Below are positions 1 through 10,900 of a stretch of 25,557 nt of DNA, in pieces. Source of the stretch: a virus. Taxonomy: Duplodnaviria > Caudoviricetes. Every line of letters starts with the position of its first letter. Positions within the stretch are counted from its first letter, which is position 1. Position numbers and translations under genes: made by a program. The stretch is taken from the IMG/VR virus record IMGVR_UViG_3300032233_002807, positions 1 through 25,557 of that record. One strand, written 5' to 3'. The notes beneath the pieces are model-generated. The model worked only from the letters and a program-made list of their open reading frames with translations, did not search any database and was not told the DNA's origin.

Positions 1-3000
1 CGCCAACGTTTTCAAATGTTCCAAAATTTGCTGAACTATCAATTGAAATTGGAGAAGTTGATGTAGAATCATATGCAACTGTTAATTTGGATGGAACAAT
101 ATCTGATTGTGCATCCGAAATCGCTACATAATTTTGTTCAAAATACATTCCATGATTTTTATGATTAACAACTATATGAAGTCCATCAGAAACAATATCA
201 ATATTTGAAATTTGAACATTTCCTCCTGTAGAACTATTGAGAGTAGTTGTTAGTCCAGAATTATTAATATATTGTACCGTATTACCCACTCCAGAAATCT
301 TAAAATCACCTTGAACATTGTCCAAAATTAACTGAGTAGTATTTGCGATGGAGACAACAGAGAGTCTGGCGTTAGAACCCAAAGAATTAGCACCAATTGT
401 ACCTATACCTAAAACGTCACCGACGACATATCCAGAACCAGATTCTGAAACTGTTGCTGCAATAGCAACTCCATTTGTAATAGTAATATTTGCTTTTGCA
501 TTTTTTCCACTTCCAGTTATATTTGTAAGTGGTACTCCATTAAATTGGAATGTTCCTGAAGATGGAGTATATCCAATGCCAGAATTAATAATATTTAAAG
601 TGCCAGTTGCAATTCCAGCATTTCCAACATAGTTTCCGCTAGCATTAGTCCCTTGTTGTAAAATTGTGTTTCCTAATGTTAATCCAACATCTTGCAAGGT
701 AGATCCAAGTCCAACTCTAATTTTTCTAGAATTTAAATTCAGAGAGTTGGGCATTAGAGTTGCTACTTCATTATTTCCTTCTGAGAGTTCTGGGCTATAA
801 AATTCAATAGAACCACTAGGTACAAACTCTGCTCTATATAAGGTAAATTTAAGATCCTCCCACTGACTTGGTTCCCAAGTTGAAGCATTTTGGGATTTAA
901 ATAGTGAACCTAAGTATGGTTGATTGGAAATAAATGTTTGTGTAATTAAATCGCTTTCGCCAACTCTTGAAATATAAACACTATACTTGGTAGACAATGA
1001 AGCAAGGCATATACAATATTCAGTTCCACCCTCAAGATAAACGGGAGATTTAAATGTAAATGTAGTTGGGACTGAACCATCAGAAGAGACATTTACTTCA
1101 GATGGATTTAAAATAACTTCTGAGAATGGGATTACCCTCTGAGTTGGGAATCCTCCTTGCATTGTTCTTAACTGGAAAGTGACAGGAATATCAATATCAT
1201 CTTTAGCACTAAAGAAGACTTCACATTTTGTTAGAAACACTCCTGTTTCATCTTCTACTAAGAAAGATTGTGCGAGAGGATCGTACCAAACAATATCAAC
1301 ATTTGTTCTAGATGATGAGGAGATTGCCTGAGTAGAAATAACCTGAGTTCCGGTAGTTCTAGAAGTGGCTCTCTCTTCAAATTCTCTCTTGTTCTCTATT
1401 CTTGCATTTCTTACTGAAATTATATTTTCTTGTACAGTTTCAAGAGTTCCGCTGGAAACGAATCCCTCTTCAGCAATAGTCGATGCATTATTTTGATCAT
1501 TAATCGCACTATTTGTTAAAGTGAATACCTTATTTCCAGTTTCAAAACTTGGGTTACTTGGTGAGTTTGGATTTGGAATGTAAAAACTTCCAATGAGCGT
1601 AGCAGTAATATCAGAAATTAATTTGACATTTGAGATAGTTGCTTGAGCACCGCTCGTTTGTCCAACCAAAATCATGTCTGGTTCTACGTATCCAGAGAAT
1701 CCTCCTTCAGGTTGATTAGATAAAGAGAATGTATCGACATTCAACACTGTTGATGTTGATGAATAAGTTGTTGGTATTGTTTGTGATGTGTATGGATTTG
1801 TTGTAAAAACATTCGATGGATTATTATATGCACCCTCTTTATGATTTGATTGCGCAACCCTAAATGTAATTCTCGAATCTATGTTTTTTGAATCTAAAGG
1901 TAAAACACCCGTAGGTCTAGATCTTCCTATGACGGTTTCTCCAACCTGGAATACTCCAGATAACATATTAATTTCAAGGAGTTTTGGAATACAATACTTA
2001 GTTACATTGACTCCATCGAAAAATGCATAAAGTTGTGTAGATGGTTTTACTTTTTTCGCAATAAATTGTACATTTCTAGATCTCATAAAAGAAATCAAGT
2101 TTCTACTTACAACTCTATCTCCAACAGAGGTATTATCAAATTGTTCTGTAACGATGGTTCTATTTCCAGTTCTAGTTTGAACTCCAGTATCCCTAACTTC
2201 TCTTAAAGTATCTTTAAAAACAGTTGTTGTTGATTCGTTTATCAACTCTCCTCCAGTTAAGTCTCCATTTCCACGAAGTCCTCTTTGTCCCCAACGTCCA
2301 CCACTATTTGTGGTTTCAGTTCTTTCCCTTGTATTTTCAATTACTTCCTGTCCTGTCCAACTTGTTTCCCAGGCATTCCAAATTGTCGGAGAAAGTCCTG
2401 TTTGGGGATCTACGCTAAGAGTTCTTGATGCTAGAGCAAGAGTTTCTGCAAAATTACCTTCAGTATTGATAATTTTAGCTTCAAGTCTTACTGTATCCAC
2501 CCAGGTGTCAGATGCTGGAGTAAGTTCTACGGAACCTTGCCAAAAACTTACTAAGAAAGGAGTCACACTTTCAGATCTTGTAGCAAAAGTTTGCTTCAAC
2601 CATTCTATCTCAGAATAATTGAGTGTAACAATATCTCCCGTCTTTTTAATATTAGTTCCTTCTGGATCAGTAAATGCCAAATCTCTATTTGGATCTATAT
2701 TTGTAACAGGACCTTGTATTAAATCAATAGAATCTGTATAATGTTGCGGTCTTAGTTCTTTATTTTTTATATCAATGCTGTTTTTGAATTCAACTCTATT
2801 TTCTTGAGCAAGAAGAGATGTGAAATTATCAACAAAGAATCCAGACTTAAATCTATTAAGTCCTGTTGAATCTGGAATGAATAAATTTGATGTATTAGTT
2901 TCTAATAGAGAAAGAGCAGTATAATATTCAAGAGTTTTAATTCTATTCTCAAGTTGTTTAATATCAACCATTCTATATCTCTTGTGCTCCAAGAAAGTTA

Positions 3001-6000
3001 GTGAAGCTTGAGATGTGCTGTAAAGGTACGGTGGAAGAGAAATAGATGCTATCTCTAAAGCATCATCAATTGAAACTGGTTTTTCTGGTTTTTCGGATGG
3101 AGTTCCATATTTAACTTGGAATTTTCCATCTTTTGTTAGATATACTCTATCGATTCTACCGAGATAGAATGAAAAATTAGTTACAATTGATTCGTTGGAT
3201 GCTAAAATATTTGCGGCAGAATTGCCCGATGATGTAAATGTTCTTCCATAAAATTCTAAAGGAGATCTTAAGTTTTGAGAAACAGTATAATCAGAAACTC
3301 TAGGTCTTATATCAATAATATCAGTATTTCTGGTTGAGCTAACTGTTTGAATTTCTTTTATGTAATCAAAACCATTATATGATTCAACTGTTGTGATATC
3401 TCCATCATCTGATGATTGATAGTATCCATTTGAAAAATAAACTTTTATTTTTCTAGTAGGTTCTTTTGTATCTGTCTTTCTCTTAATTGAACCATAGTCG
3501 TAGAAAGACACATTTTGACCATTATCATAACTATAATTAAAGGATATATCAAAACTTGGAGTATTCAAAGTTGTAATAACCGCTTGAATGTTAGACTCTT
3601 CAAATACTACTATCTCTCCTTCTTTAAAATTAATATTATTTTTAAGAATAAAGGATATTTGCGAATCGGATAGTCTTTCCGCACAAATAGCAGAAGCACC
3701 GCTAGTCTGTCCAGTAAAAATTTCTCCGATAATTATATCGGATGTTTTTCCAGTAGGTCCTGTAATTGATGAAAATACAACTGTTGGTGCAGATGGATTA
3801 GAGAGATTTGGAGTTTCATAAATTGCATGAATTTTGATAATATCTGGAACATTTAGAGAAATATTCTCATCCTGAACTCTTGTTCCGTATGGATAATTTC
3901 CATAACTTAATCCATCATTTAAAGTTGTTGAGCCGATACCGGAAGAAACATATTTTGATTTATCAATTATTAAACTATTAACTCTATTTTTAATTTTTAC
4001 CTTTGATTTTGGTTTAATTTTTTTAATTGTGGTGACGAGCGTGGCACCCGTGTCATTCTCTCCTAAATTATAAATTTGAAGTTGTGATGAACCATTAGTT
4101 AGTGCTATTTTATCTGAAGTTAATACTTCAGTTTTCCCATCAGATCTAATTAAAGAATATCTTTCAGGATCAAATGGTAAAAATGTTTCATTGGTTCCAG
4201 AAAGAACTGTTGTTGAAAGTTGATTGTCTGTAATATTAACAGTATAGGATTTTCTAATTGATAAAGATGCATCAGTTAAATCTAAACTAGATATGTTTGA
4301 TTTTGGTAATATGGTATAATAAGAATTGTCTGTAGAATTTTCTAAATTTGTGGTAATAACTTTTAAGTCTGTAACCTGCAATGCTGCAGAAGGAAGTCCT
4401 CCATTACAAACGCCAAAAACAGTTGCAACTCCAGTAATAGTTACTTGAGTTGTCCCAACACTAACTACTGAGGCAAATACTGGATCTACTGTTGTTTGAT
4501 TACTAAACTTTAAAAGATTTCCTGATTTTAGATTTCCGGGAAATAATGGATTTGTGCTGGTAATTGTACTGATTCCAACCACATTATAAGCACTTATCGT
4601 TGCTACGCCAATTGCAAACGATTCCGATTGAATAATATCTGCAGAAAAAGTTGATGCAGATCCTACAATGCCATATACAGATTTAACATCAGAAATTCCA
4701 TAAGAAGTAACTGCTGTTGCTACTCTCGTATTTTCAATTCCGTTAAAAATGAATGGTTCATTTTTGGAAAACTCTCCGGTTTTTTCATATACCGTTAATG
4801 CAGTTCCTGCAGAAACCGAACTCTTAAGAAAAGCAGTAGCTCCACTATACTTTCCTTTGATAAAAGTTGGAACGGATAAAGTAATGGGTTCGTTTAATGC
4901 AATTTCTGTTGTAGTTTGAATATCATATAAAGAAATATTCCACTCATTTAGTTGTGGATTGTTTGAATTATAAGAACCAGAATCTAATCTAAAATCATAT
5001 ACTCTAGCGACTCCAATTTCTTTTCCTGGGGATGTCATTGAGTTGACACCAACTCTAGAACTTCTTAGACTTAAGATATATGTATTTCCGATTCCAATTG
5101 TTGGAGCACCATAAACTCTGTTCAGTTTTAATGTAGAACCGGTATTATAATTAATTGATTGATTTTCTAAAGTTTTTGTTGTTCTTGGTTTTGGAACGTC
5201 TAAAAATGTTGGGCTGATAGTTTCAATTTCATACCCTCTAACAAAAGCCTTGCCTGGAGAAACTTGATATAAAGCAAGATCTTCTGCTGGAATTGAACCT
5301 CCGTAAGTTTGTTGATTTGTGTTAAAAATACCTTTGTTTCCTAAATTGTCATTTAATGACTCCTTAACTGACAAATCAAAAGGAGTTACATAATAATCTC
5401 CGGACTCAGAGTAAGTTCTTCTTGCAAGTTCATCCTCCAAAACACTATAATCGGTGTTTTTCTTTTGCGATCTTAATACACCATTAGTTATAGTTGCAAG
5501 TTCAATAAAGCTATTGTCATCAAAATCATCTAAACTCTTTTTAAATAAGGATGTTGATATTTTTAATCTATCTGCTCCGGGAGCAGAATAATTATTAAAT
5601 CCACTTGAATTGTCATTCAGAGTTGAATCAATATACGAATTTATAATTTCTTCGGTGATTAAAAGTCCTACTCTATAACTTGGTTTATTTCCATATTGAT
5701 CCAGAAGTATAGTTTCATCTTCTACTCTTAGAAACTGTCCTTTAGCAAAATAAACACCATTTGATATAGAAAAAGCAGAACCAACTGAAGTTGAATTTGT
5801 TGCTATAGTCGAAGCAAATGCCTCTCCTGACGCAATGATTGTATTCGCTGAACTTATTGTTTTATTTGATGAAAGAAGTTCTCCGTCAGAAAAATTAATA
5901 GTTGAATTATCTTGAGAATTTGAACCTAAGTAGCTAATGTATAATGTCGTATTGCCTCTTTCGGATTCATCAGATAAAATAATTTTATTTACTACTGCCG

Positions 6001-6340
6001 TTACTCCAGAAGTTAGTCCTGTAATTTTTGCGCCAATAAGTTGATTAATATAATCCGCTAGAGGAATTCCTAGGTAATTATTTTCAACCTCCACCGCATA
6101 ATATGAAGAACTATATGCAGTATTTCCTGGTATTACTTTAGCACCCTCTTTAAAAAAATGCTGCCCAAATTTTTCAATTTGATTTTGGAGAATTGACTGA
6201 AGAGTTGTCAATTCTCTAGCTTGAACAGGATATCCTGGTTTAAAAAGAACTTTATGATAATTTTTATCTTTGCCACCAATTATTGGTTCATTATAATCAT
6301 CAAAATATGGAGCTACGTTGAGGTTAGTTTCTTGAGACAT
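1..6340 (-). CDS. Very large virion structural protein (VrlC/DUF4815-like, baseplate- or tail-associated); 3' end lies beyond the window
   Basis: Not in the ORF track because it has no stop inside the window. ATG at 6340 is preceded by TAAGGAATT (Shine-Dalgarno). It translates as MSQETNLNVAPYFDDY...YHKVLFKPGYPVQARELTTLQSILQNQIEKFGQHFFKEGAKVIPG..., with later motifs APGADRLKI, ELARRTYSESGDY, RFKSGFFVDNF and WYDPLAQSFLV, typical of the protein that follows gp8 in cyanomyoviruses. The frame was spot-checked at ~5567, ~3149, ~1271 and 2 and is consistent (>2110 aa). Confidence 0.85.
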   Translation of the reverse strand, partial: MSQETNLNVAPYFDDYNEPIIGGKDKNYHKVLFKPGYPVQARELTTLQSILQNQIEKFGQHFFKEGAKVIPGNTAYSSSYYAVEVENNYLGIPLADYINQLIGAKITGLTSGVTAVVNKIILSDESERGNTTLYISYLGSNSQDNSTINFSDGELLSSNKTISSANTIIASGEAFASTIATNSTSVGSAFSISNGVYFAKGQFLRVEDETILLDQYGNKPSYRVGLLITEEIINSYIDSTLNDNSSGFNNYSAPGADRLKISTSLFKKSLDDFDDNSFIELATITNGVLRSQKKNTDYSVLEDELARRTYSESGDYYVTPFDLSVKESLNDNLGNKGIFNTNQQTYGGSIPAEDLALYQVSPGKAFVRGYEIETISPTFLDVPKPRTTKTLENQSINYNTGSTLKLNRVYGAPTIGIGNTYILSLRSSRVGVNSMTSPGKEIGVARVYDFRLDSGSYNSNNPQLNEWNISLYDIQTTTEIALNEPITLSVPTFIKGKYSGATAFLKSSVSAGTALTVYEKTGEFSKNEPFIFNGIENTRVATAVTSYGISDVKSVYGIVGSASTFSADIIQSESFAIGVATISAYNVVGISTITSTNPLFPGNLKSGNLLKFSNQTTVDPVFASVVSVGTTQVTITGVATVFGVCNGGLPSAALQVTDLKVITTNLENSTDNSYYTILPKSNISSLDLTDASLSIRKSYTVNITDNQLSTTVLSGTNETFLPFDPERYSLIRSDGKTEVLTSDKIALTNGSSQLQIYNLGENDTGATLVTTIKKIKPKSKVKIKNRVNSLIIDKSKYVSSGIGSTTLNDGLSYGNYPYGTRVQDENISLNVPDIIKIHAIYETPNLSNPSAPTVVFSSITGPTGKTSDIIIGEIFTGQTSGASAICAERLSDSQISFILKNNINFKEGEIVVFEESNIQAVITTLNTPSFDISFNYSYDNGQNVSFYDYGSIKRKTDTKEPTRKIKVYFSNGYYQSSDDGDITTVESYNGFDYIKEIQTVSSTRNTDIIDIRPRVSDYTVSQNLRSPLEFYGRTFTSSGNSAANILASNESIVTNFSFYLGRIDRVYLTKDGKFQVKYGTPSEKPEKPVSIDDALEIASISLPPYLYSTSQASLTFLEHKRYRMVDIKQLENRIKTLEYYTALSLLETNTSNLFIPDSTGLNRFKSGFFVDNFTSLLAQENRVEFKNSIDIKNKELRPQHYTDSIDLIQGPVTNIDPNRDLAFTDPEGTNIKKTGDIVTLNYSEIEWLKQTFATRSESVTPFLVSFWQGSVELTPASDTWVDTVRLEAKIINTEGNFAETLALASRTLSVDPQTGLSPTIWNAWETSWTGQEVIENTRERTETTNSGGRWGQRGLRGNGDLTGGELINESTTTVFKDTLREVRDTGVQTRTGNRTIVTEQFDNTSVGDRVVSRNLISFMRSRNVQFIAKKVKPSTQLYAFFDGVNVTKYCIPKLLEINMLSGVFQVGETVIGRSRPTGVLPLDSKNIDSRITFRVAQSNHKEGAYNNPSNVFTTNPYTSQTIPTTYSSTSTVLNVDTFSLSNQPEGGFSGYVEPDMILVGQTSGAQATISNVKLISDITATLIGSFYIPNPNSPSNPSFETGNKVFTLTNSAINDQNNASTIAEEGFVSSGTLETVQENIISVRNARIENKREFEERATSRTTGTQVISTQAISSSSRTNVDIVWYDPLAQSFLVEDETGVFLTKCEVFFSAKDDIDIPVTFQLRTMQGGFPTQRVIPFSEVILNPSEVNVSSDGSVPTTFTFKSPVYLEGGTEYCICLASLSTKYSVYISRVGESDLITQTFISNQPYLGSLFKSQNASTWEPSQWEDLKFTLYRAEFVPSGSIEFYSPELSEGNNEVATLMPNSLNLNSRKIRVGLGSTLQDVGLTLGNTILQQGTNASGNYVGNAGIATGTLNIINSGIGYTPSSGTFQFNGVPLTNITGSGKNAKANITITNGVAIAATVSESGSGYVVGDVLGIGTIGANSLGSNARLSVVSIANTTQLILDNVQGDFKISGVGNTVQYINNSGLTTTLNSSTGGNVQISNIDIVSDGLHIVVNHKNHGMYFEQNYVAISDAQSDIVPSKLTVAYDSTSTSPISIDSSANFGTFENVG

Positions 6341-6346
6341 AATTCC

Positions 6347-7897
6347 TTAAAATTGCAAAATAACTTTGATATCTTCTTTTTGACTTGAAGATCTCGTAAT
6401 TGAAGGTCTATTATCCACGTATATTATATTTCCAGAATATTTTTTAACTTCTGGTTGAGCAATGCCTTGAGTGAATGATTGACCTAAGTAATATGTTCTA
6501 TTATTTATTAGTGTCGAAATACCAGTAAATGAAGTTTGTATTGATAAAGTTGCAGATCCCCCAAGAATGTTTATAGAACCTCCGTTTGGATTTGAAGTGA
6601 ATCTATTTAATTGAAATCCATAAACGGGGGAAGTATTTTTAGTTCCATCTGTATTAAATCCTGAGGTTGTTCTATCCTGCCAATATTTCAAAACGCCTGT
6701 TGTTTGATCATATGAGATGACTCTACCAACAGCTGTAGATGTAACTCCTATTGCTTGTGTAATAAAAGAGTCTGGAATAAATGATGCCGAGCTATATCCA
6801 GTTCCAGTAAGTTTTAAAGCATAAACTGCACTTGCTTTGTCCAAGTCCAAATTTTGAGATGAATTATAAGTCTCAGGATTTTGAATAATCCCAATTCTGG
6901 ATATTTGATTCCCTGTTATAAAATCTGGGTTTTCGGAATCATTTTCAATTCTAGAATATATTAATGCATTTCTAGCTCCAAGTTCTCTGTAAATATCGCT
7001 CCCATGTCCACCCTGAGGAGGAATAATAACATTAAAAACGGGATTTGTTGTTCCTGCGGGAACGTTGCCTGCAACAATATCTAACGTACCAAAAGTATAC
7101 CCAGAACCCCCTGAAGAAATAGTTACTGATTCTATTTTAGAATTGTTATTAATTACTACAGTCGCTTCTGCTCCAATACCATCTCCCTTGATAGGAACTC
7201 TTGTATATGTTCTATTTGCCGTTCCTAACCCAACTCCTCTATTCGTTATGGTAACAATTTTTAATTGTCCACTAGTCGCAGCGTTATCTCTTACTGTGGA
7301 ATTATCAGTACTAGTTTCCCAATCCCTAGGAACTGGCATAAAATTGGTAGAATCAAATTTTATGATATCACTTGGTTTGATTGTATAAAGATATTTCCAT
7401 ACATATCCATCGCCACTTGTTCCAGGTTCTCTTGGTTCCAAATCTGTAAAAGTGGGTTCATCTAAAGATGCTCTTCCGGATGGATTTTCGGGATTAGTTC
7501 CATTCTGAAGACAAATATAAACTCTATAGTCGGAATTTACAACATAGTAATTTGCATCATATAAACTGATAGCATTTGAAGGTTTTGAGGGATTATTTGC
7601 ATTTATATCATGTCTGTACATATCATAAGTTACGCCAGATTGCCAAGTCACTTTTCTAATAACTTGTTTTACATCTGATGATGAAATTTTCTTTAGAGCA
7701 ATCATTGTATCCCAATAATTGTTCTCTTCATCAAAATTATCTCTAGGATCAGGTGGTAAAGTATCCCATGTAGAACTTACTTGAGTTGCATTAGGAAGTC
7801 CTACAAAAGTATAATAGGAGTTGCTAGTAGATGCTACACTAGTAACAAATTCCTTTGCATTTAGTATACGAAGTTGATCAGTTATGATTGCTGACAT
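6347..7897 (-). CDS. gp8: Baseplate wedge subunit gp8 (T4-like)
   Basis: 516-aa ORF. N-terminus MSAIITDQLRILNA, motifs WDTMIALKKI, YYVVNSDYRVYICLQNG and DGYVWKYLYTI, C-terminus GNIIYVDNRPSITRSSSQKEDIKVILQF. Position after gp6-gp7. Confidence 0.93.
   Translation of the reverse strand: MSAIITDQLRILNAKEFVTSVASTSNSYYTFVGLPNATQVSSTWDTLPPDPRDNFDEENNYWDTMIALKKISSSDVKQVIRKVTWQSGVTYDMYRHDINANNPSKPSNAISLYDANYYVVNSDYRVYICLQNGTNPENPSGRASLDEPTFTDLEPREPGTSGDGYVWKYLYTIKPSDIIKFDSTNFMPVPRDWETSTDNSTVRDNAATSGQLKIVTITNRGVGLGTANRTYTRVPIKGDGIGAEATVVINNNSKIESVTISSGGSGYTFGTLDIVAGNVPAGTTNPVFNVIIPPQGGHGSDIYRELGARNALIYSRIENDSENPDFITGNQISRIGIIQNPETYNSSQNLDLDKASAVYALKLTGTGYSSASFIPDSFITQAIGVTSTAVGRVISYDQTTGVLKYWQDRTTSGFNTDGTKNTSPVYGFQLNRFTSNPNGGSINILGGSATLSIQTSFTGISTLINNRTYYLGQSFTQGIAQPEVKKYSGNIIYVDNRPSITRSSSQKEDIKVILQF
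6502..6508 (-). promoter_or_regulatory. Possible late promoter (ATAAATA) inside the 3' end of gp8, upstream of the VrlC-like gene
   Basis: Minus strand reads CTAATAAATAATAG about 160 nt upstream of the ATG at 6340. It matches the T4-like late core, but could be chance in AT-rich coding DNA. Confidence 0.35.
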
Positions 7898-7915
7898 TTT
7901 ACAGAACTTTTTATC

Positions 7916-7922
7916 TATTTAT
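7916..7922 (-). promoter_or_regulatory. T4-like (gp55-dependent) late promoter upstream of gp8
   Basis: Minus strand TAAATAAATAGAT contains ATAAATA in the short gp7-gp8 gap, ~19 nt before the ATG at 7897. Confidence 0.7.
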
Positions 7923-10900
7923 TTAAGAATAATTGACATATTTTAAAGGAGCAATTCTATTTACAATAGAAGATGTAACGATTCCAGTTGCTCCATTTTT
8001 TGTATAGGCATTAAAAGTCTTTGGATATGTTCTAGTATTAAATAAGATTCTTCCCCAAGAAAATTCTCCAAAGAATGAACTATATCCCATTCCAGTTAAT
8101 GAATTGTAATTTGAAATACTAGTTACAACTCTAGTTACATATGTTAAAGCAATTCCTGGGACAGATGTTTGAGCAATAGAAACGGATGCAACTTCATAAA
8201 CATTATCTAAAAATTGAGTTCCTATTCCCAAAACTGATCCATTTTGATATAAAGAAGTTGCCCCATTACCAATGTTGCTATTGCGAACAACAAAGTAATA
8301 TCCAGTTTGAATACCACTCACCGTAGTTGCTGTTGATACGATTGAGGTATCTCTTAAGAAAGAGTTTTGTGGGATATAAAAATCAAATGCAACTCCAGTA
8401 GAAGCTGCTCCAACAGAAACTGTTGATATGCCGACAATAGTGCCAAAATCGCCATCATATGATGATGTAGGGTTAATTTCGTAAACTACTTCGGGTATTT
8501 CAATAAGAACTTGTGGTGGATTTGTTGATGTATATCCAAAACCAGGAGATATAACAGTTATTGTAGAAACTGTACCGCCAATGGAAATTGATGCTGAAGC
8601 AGATGCTCTTGCGGTTGTTCCAAATCCAACTGGGTTGCCAATTGTTACTGTAGGTGAAGTAGAATATCCAATCCCGCCACTATTAATGAAAACAGATGTT
8701 ATTGTTCCTGCTGCAGAAACTACTGCAGTAGCGGATGCTCCAACTATATTATCTTGGGATACAAGAATAATTTTCTGTTTATTATTTGTAGTTTGATTTT
8801 CTTTTTTGGAATCAAAGAAAGTTCTGACACTTTCAACATACGCAACTGTAGATCCAACTCCAACAGATTGAATTAGATTCGTCGTTGGATTTACTAGAGC
8901 TTCATTAAGAACTCTACTCTTACTCACAACTTGTCCGTTAATAATCTTATCTGTGGTTTGCTTGCACCACTCAACAACTCTATTATTTGATGGATTTGAA
9001 TCAATTTCATTTCCACTATAAGGGTTTGTTTCAACCGTATCAGAAGAAATTATACTCGTAACTAATCTTTCATCTTGATTTTTAATTGTTAGACTGTCTC
9101 CAACCTTAACAGTTTCTAAAACATCACGGAAAACTACGTCAATATCTCCAGTTCCTTTGTAAAAAAGTATCTTACATTTATCACCAATGATAGAACCATC
9201 TGCAGAAGTTCCTTTTGGTGGCTCTGCAAAAGTAATTACACTGCCACCAGCAAAAGTATAAGATTCACCAGGAACTTGTAAAATATCATTTAAAAATACA
9301 AGTAGCGTCGCTTGAACATCAATATTAGAACCCTTTGCAGCTCTTATAGTGACTGGAGAAGAACTTAATGAAATAGTGAATGATCTTCTGATTCCATCAA
9401 ATTGATTTTCAATTTTGTCAAGAACTTCTAATTGTCCTAAATGCCATCCAGAAAATTCATCAGATATTGTTTTATCTATTTGAATTTGAAATTCTTCAAA
9501 TGTTTTTGTTGTATCAGTTGGAATACCAGTTGCTCCACCAAATGGAATAGTTAAAATTTGAGATTGTCCATAATTATATCCTGGATTTTTAATTTCAAAA
9601 TCAATAACACTAGAACCATATCCAACTGTTACATCAACTGTGGCTTGAGTTCCAACTCCAGAAGGGGATGGGGATGTTACACTATAAATTAAAGGAATAT
9701 TTGAATATGGTAAAGGAGAATCGAAAATTACGTATGGTGGATTTGATGATGTGTAACCAACTCCTGGATTTGTAATTGCTACACTAACAATATTTCCTCC
9801 AGAAATTGCGGCGGTTCCAATAAATTGGATATTTGAAGTTCCAGTGCTTGAAGTGTATACCCCAACATTTACTTGAGTTTGAATTCCAGATCTGTATCCA
9901 GATCCACTATTACCTATGCTAATTGAGGATATTGTTCCTGCTACAGAAACAATAGCAGTTCCACCAGCTGACACAAGTGGTTGATATCCAAAACCATTTG
10001 TTGATCCAACAGAAACGATTATTCCTCCTTTGGGAATATTAGCATTATTTGGATCATATGCAACAGAAGTTGCTGTTCCTGTAAAAGTAATACTACTAAT
10101 TCCAGAACCCTCCGTTAAAGTATAATCTTGAGAAGTAGATAATTGTCCTGTGGGTGACTGGAATATACCATTTATTAAAATAACCGCATTATTTGTGGAA
10201 AATCCTACAATGCTTTGATTATTTGACTGTAAAGTAAATGTTTTTTGTGTAGCATTAAATTTTTGAGATATATCATCAAAAATATAATTTTTAGCATATG
10301 TTTCTTCAATACTATTTTCTGTGGCAGATCTTATAAAACTTCTCCCCTGGAACTTAGAAAAAGTGGTAATTCCTGTCCAGTCCCTTTCACTTGGGGGATT
10401 TGTTGAACTTCCTATTGGAGTCGGTCCTTGGGGTGCAGTGATGAAATTTATTGTGTTATCTACAATATTATAATCACCAGTAACTTTCGTTACCTTTGCA
10501 TATTCTGAGTGAGTAGATAATCCAGTTCCCATCCATGGACGAGTTACTAAGATTGAATTAGTGCTCCCAAACCCAACAGTATTGATTTTCATAATTTCAT
10601 CATCAATTTTAATTAAATCCCCCCCAAAAAATGAGGTAATTCCTGAAAACTTAATCACATCATCTACAAGTCCAATATGAGTTGTAAGTCCTGTTGTAAC
10701 TGAAGTAGAAACGATTGGAGATTGAATGTAATTATCAATTGAAATCAAACATTTTGTATTTTGATTTTTTGCAACAAATGAATGAAAAGTTCCTACACCA
10801 ATACTTGTTATATCCAATTCTACTGGGATTGTTTTTAAAGCATCCTCAGCAGATCTTGCTAGTTTAACTTTTTGATCGCTATCTTTAATAATGTAAACAC

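Noticed and set aside
348-3821. Plus-strand ORFs at 348-632, 2224-2418, 2310-2618 and 3588-3821
   Set aside because: They are antisense to the long VrlC-like reading frame and have no recognisable motifs, so they are shadow ORFs.
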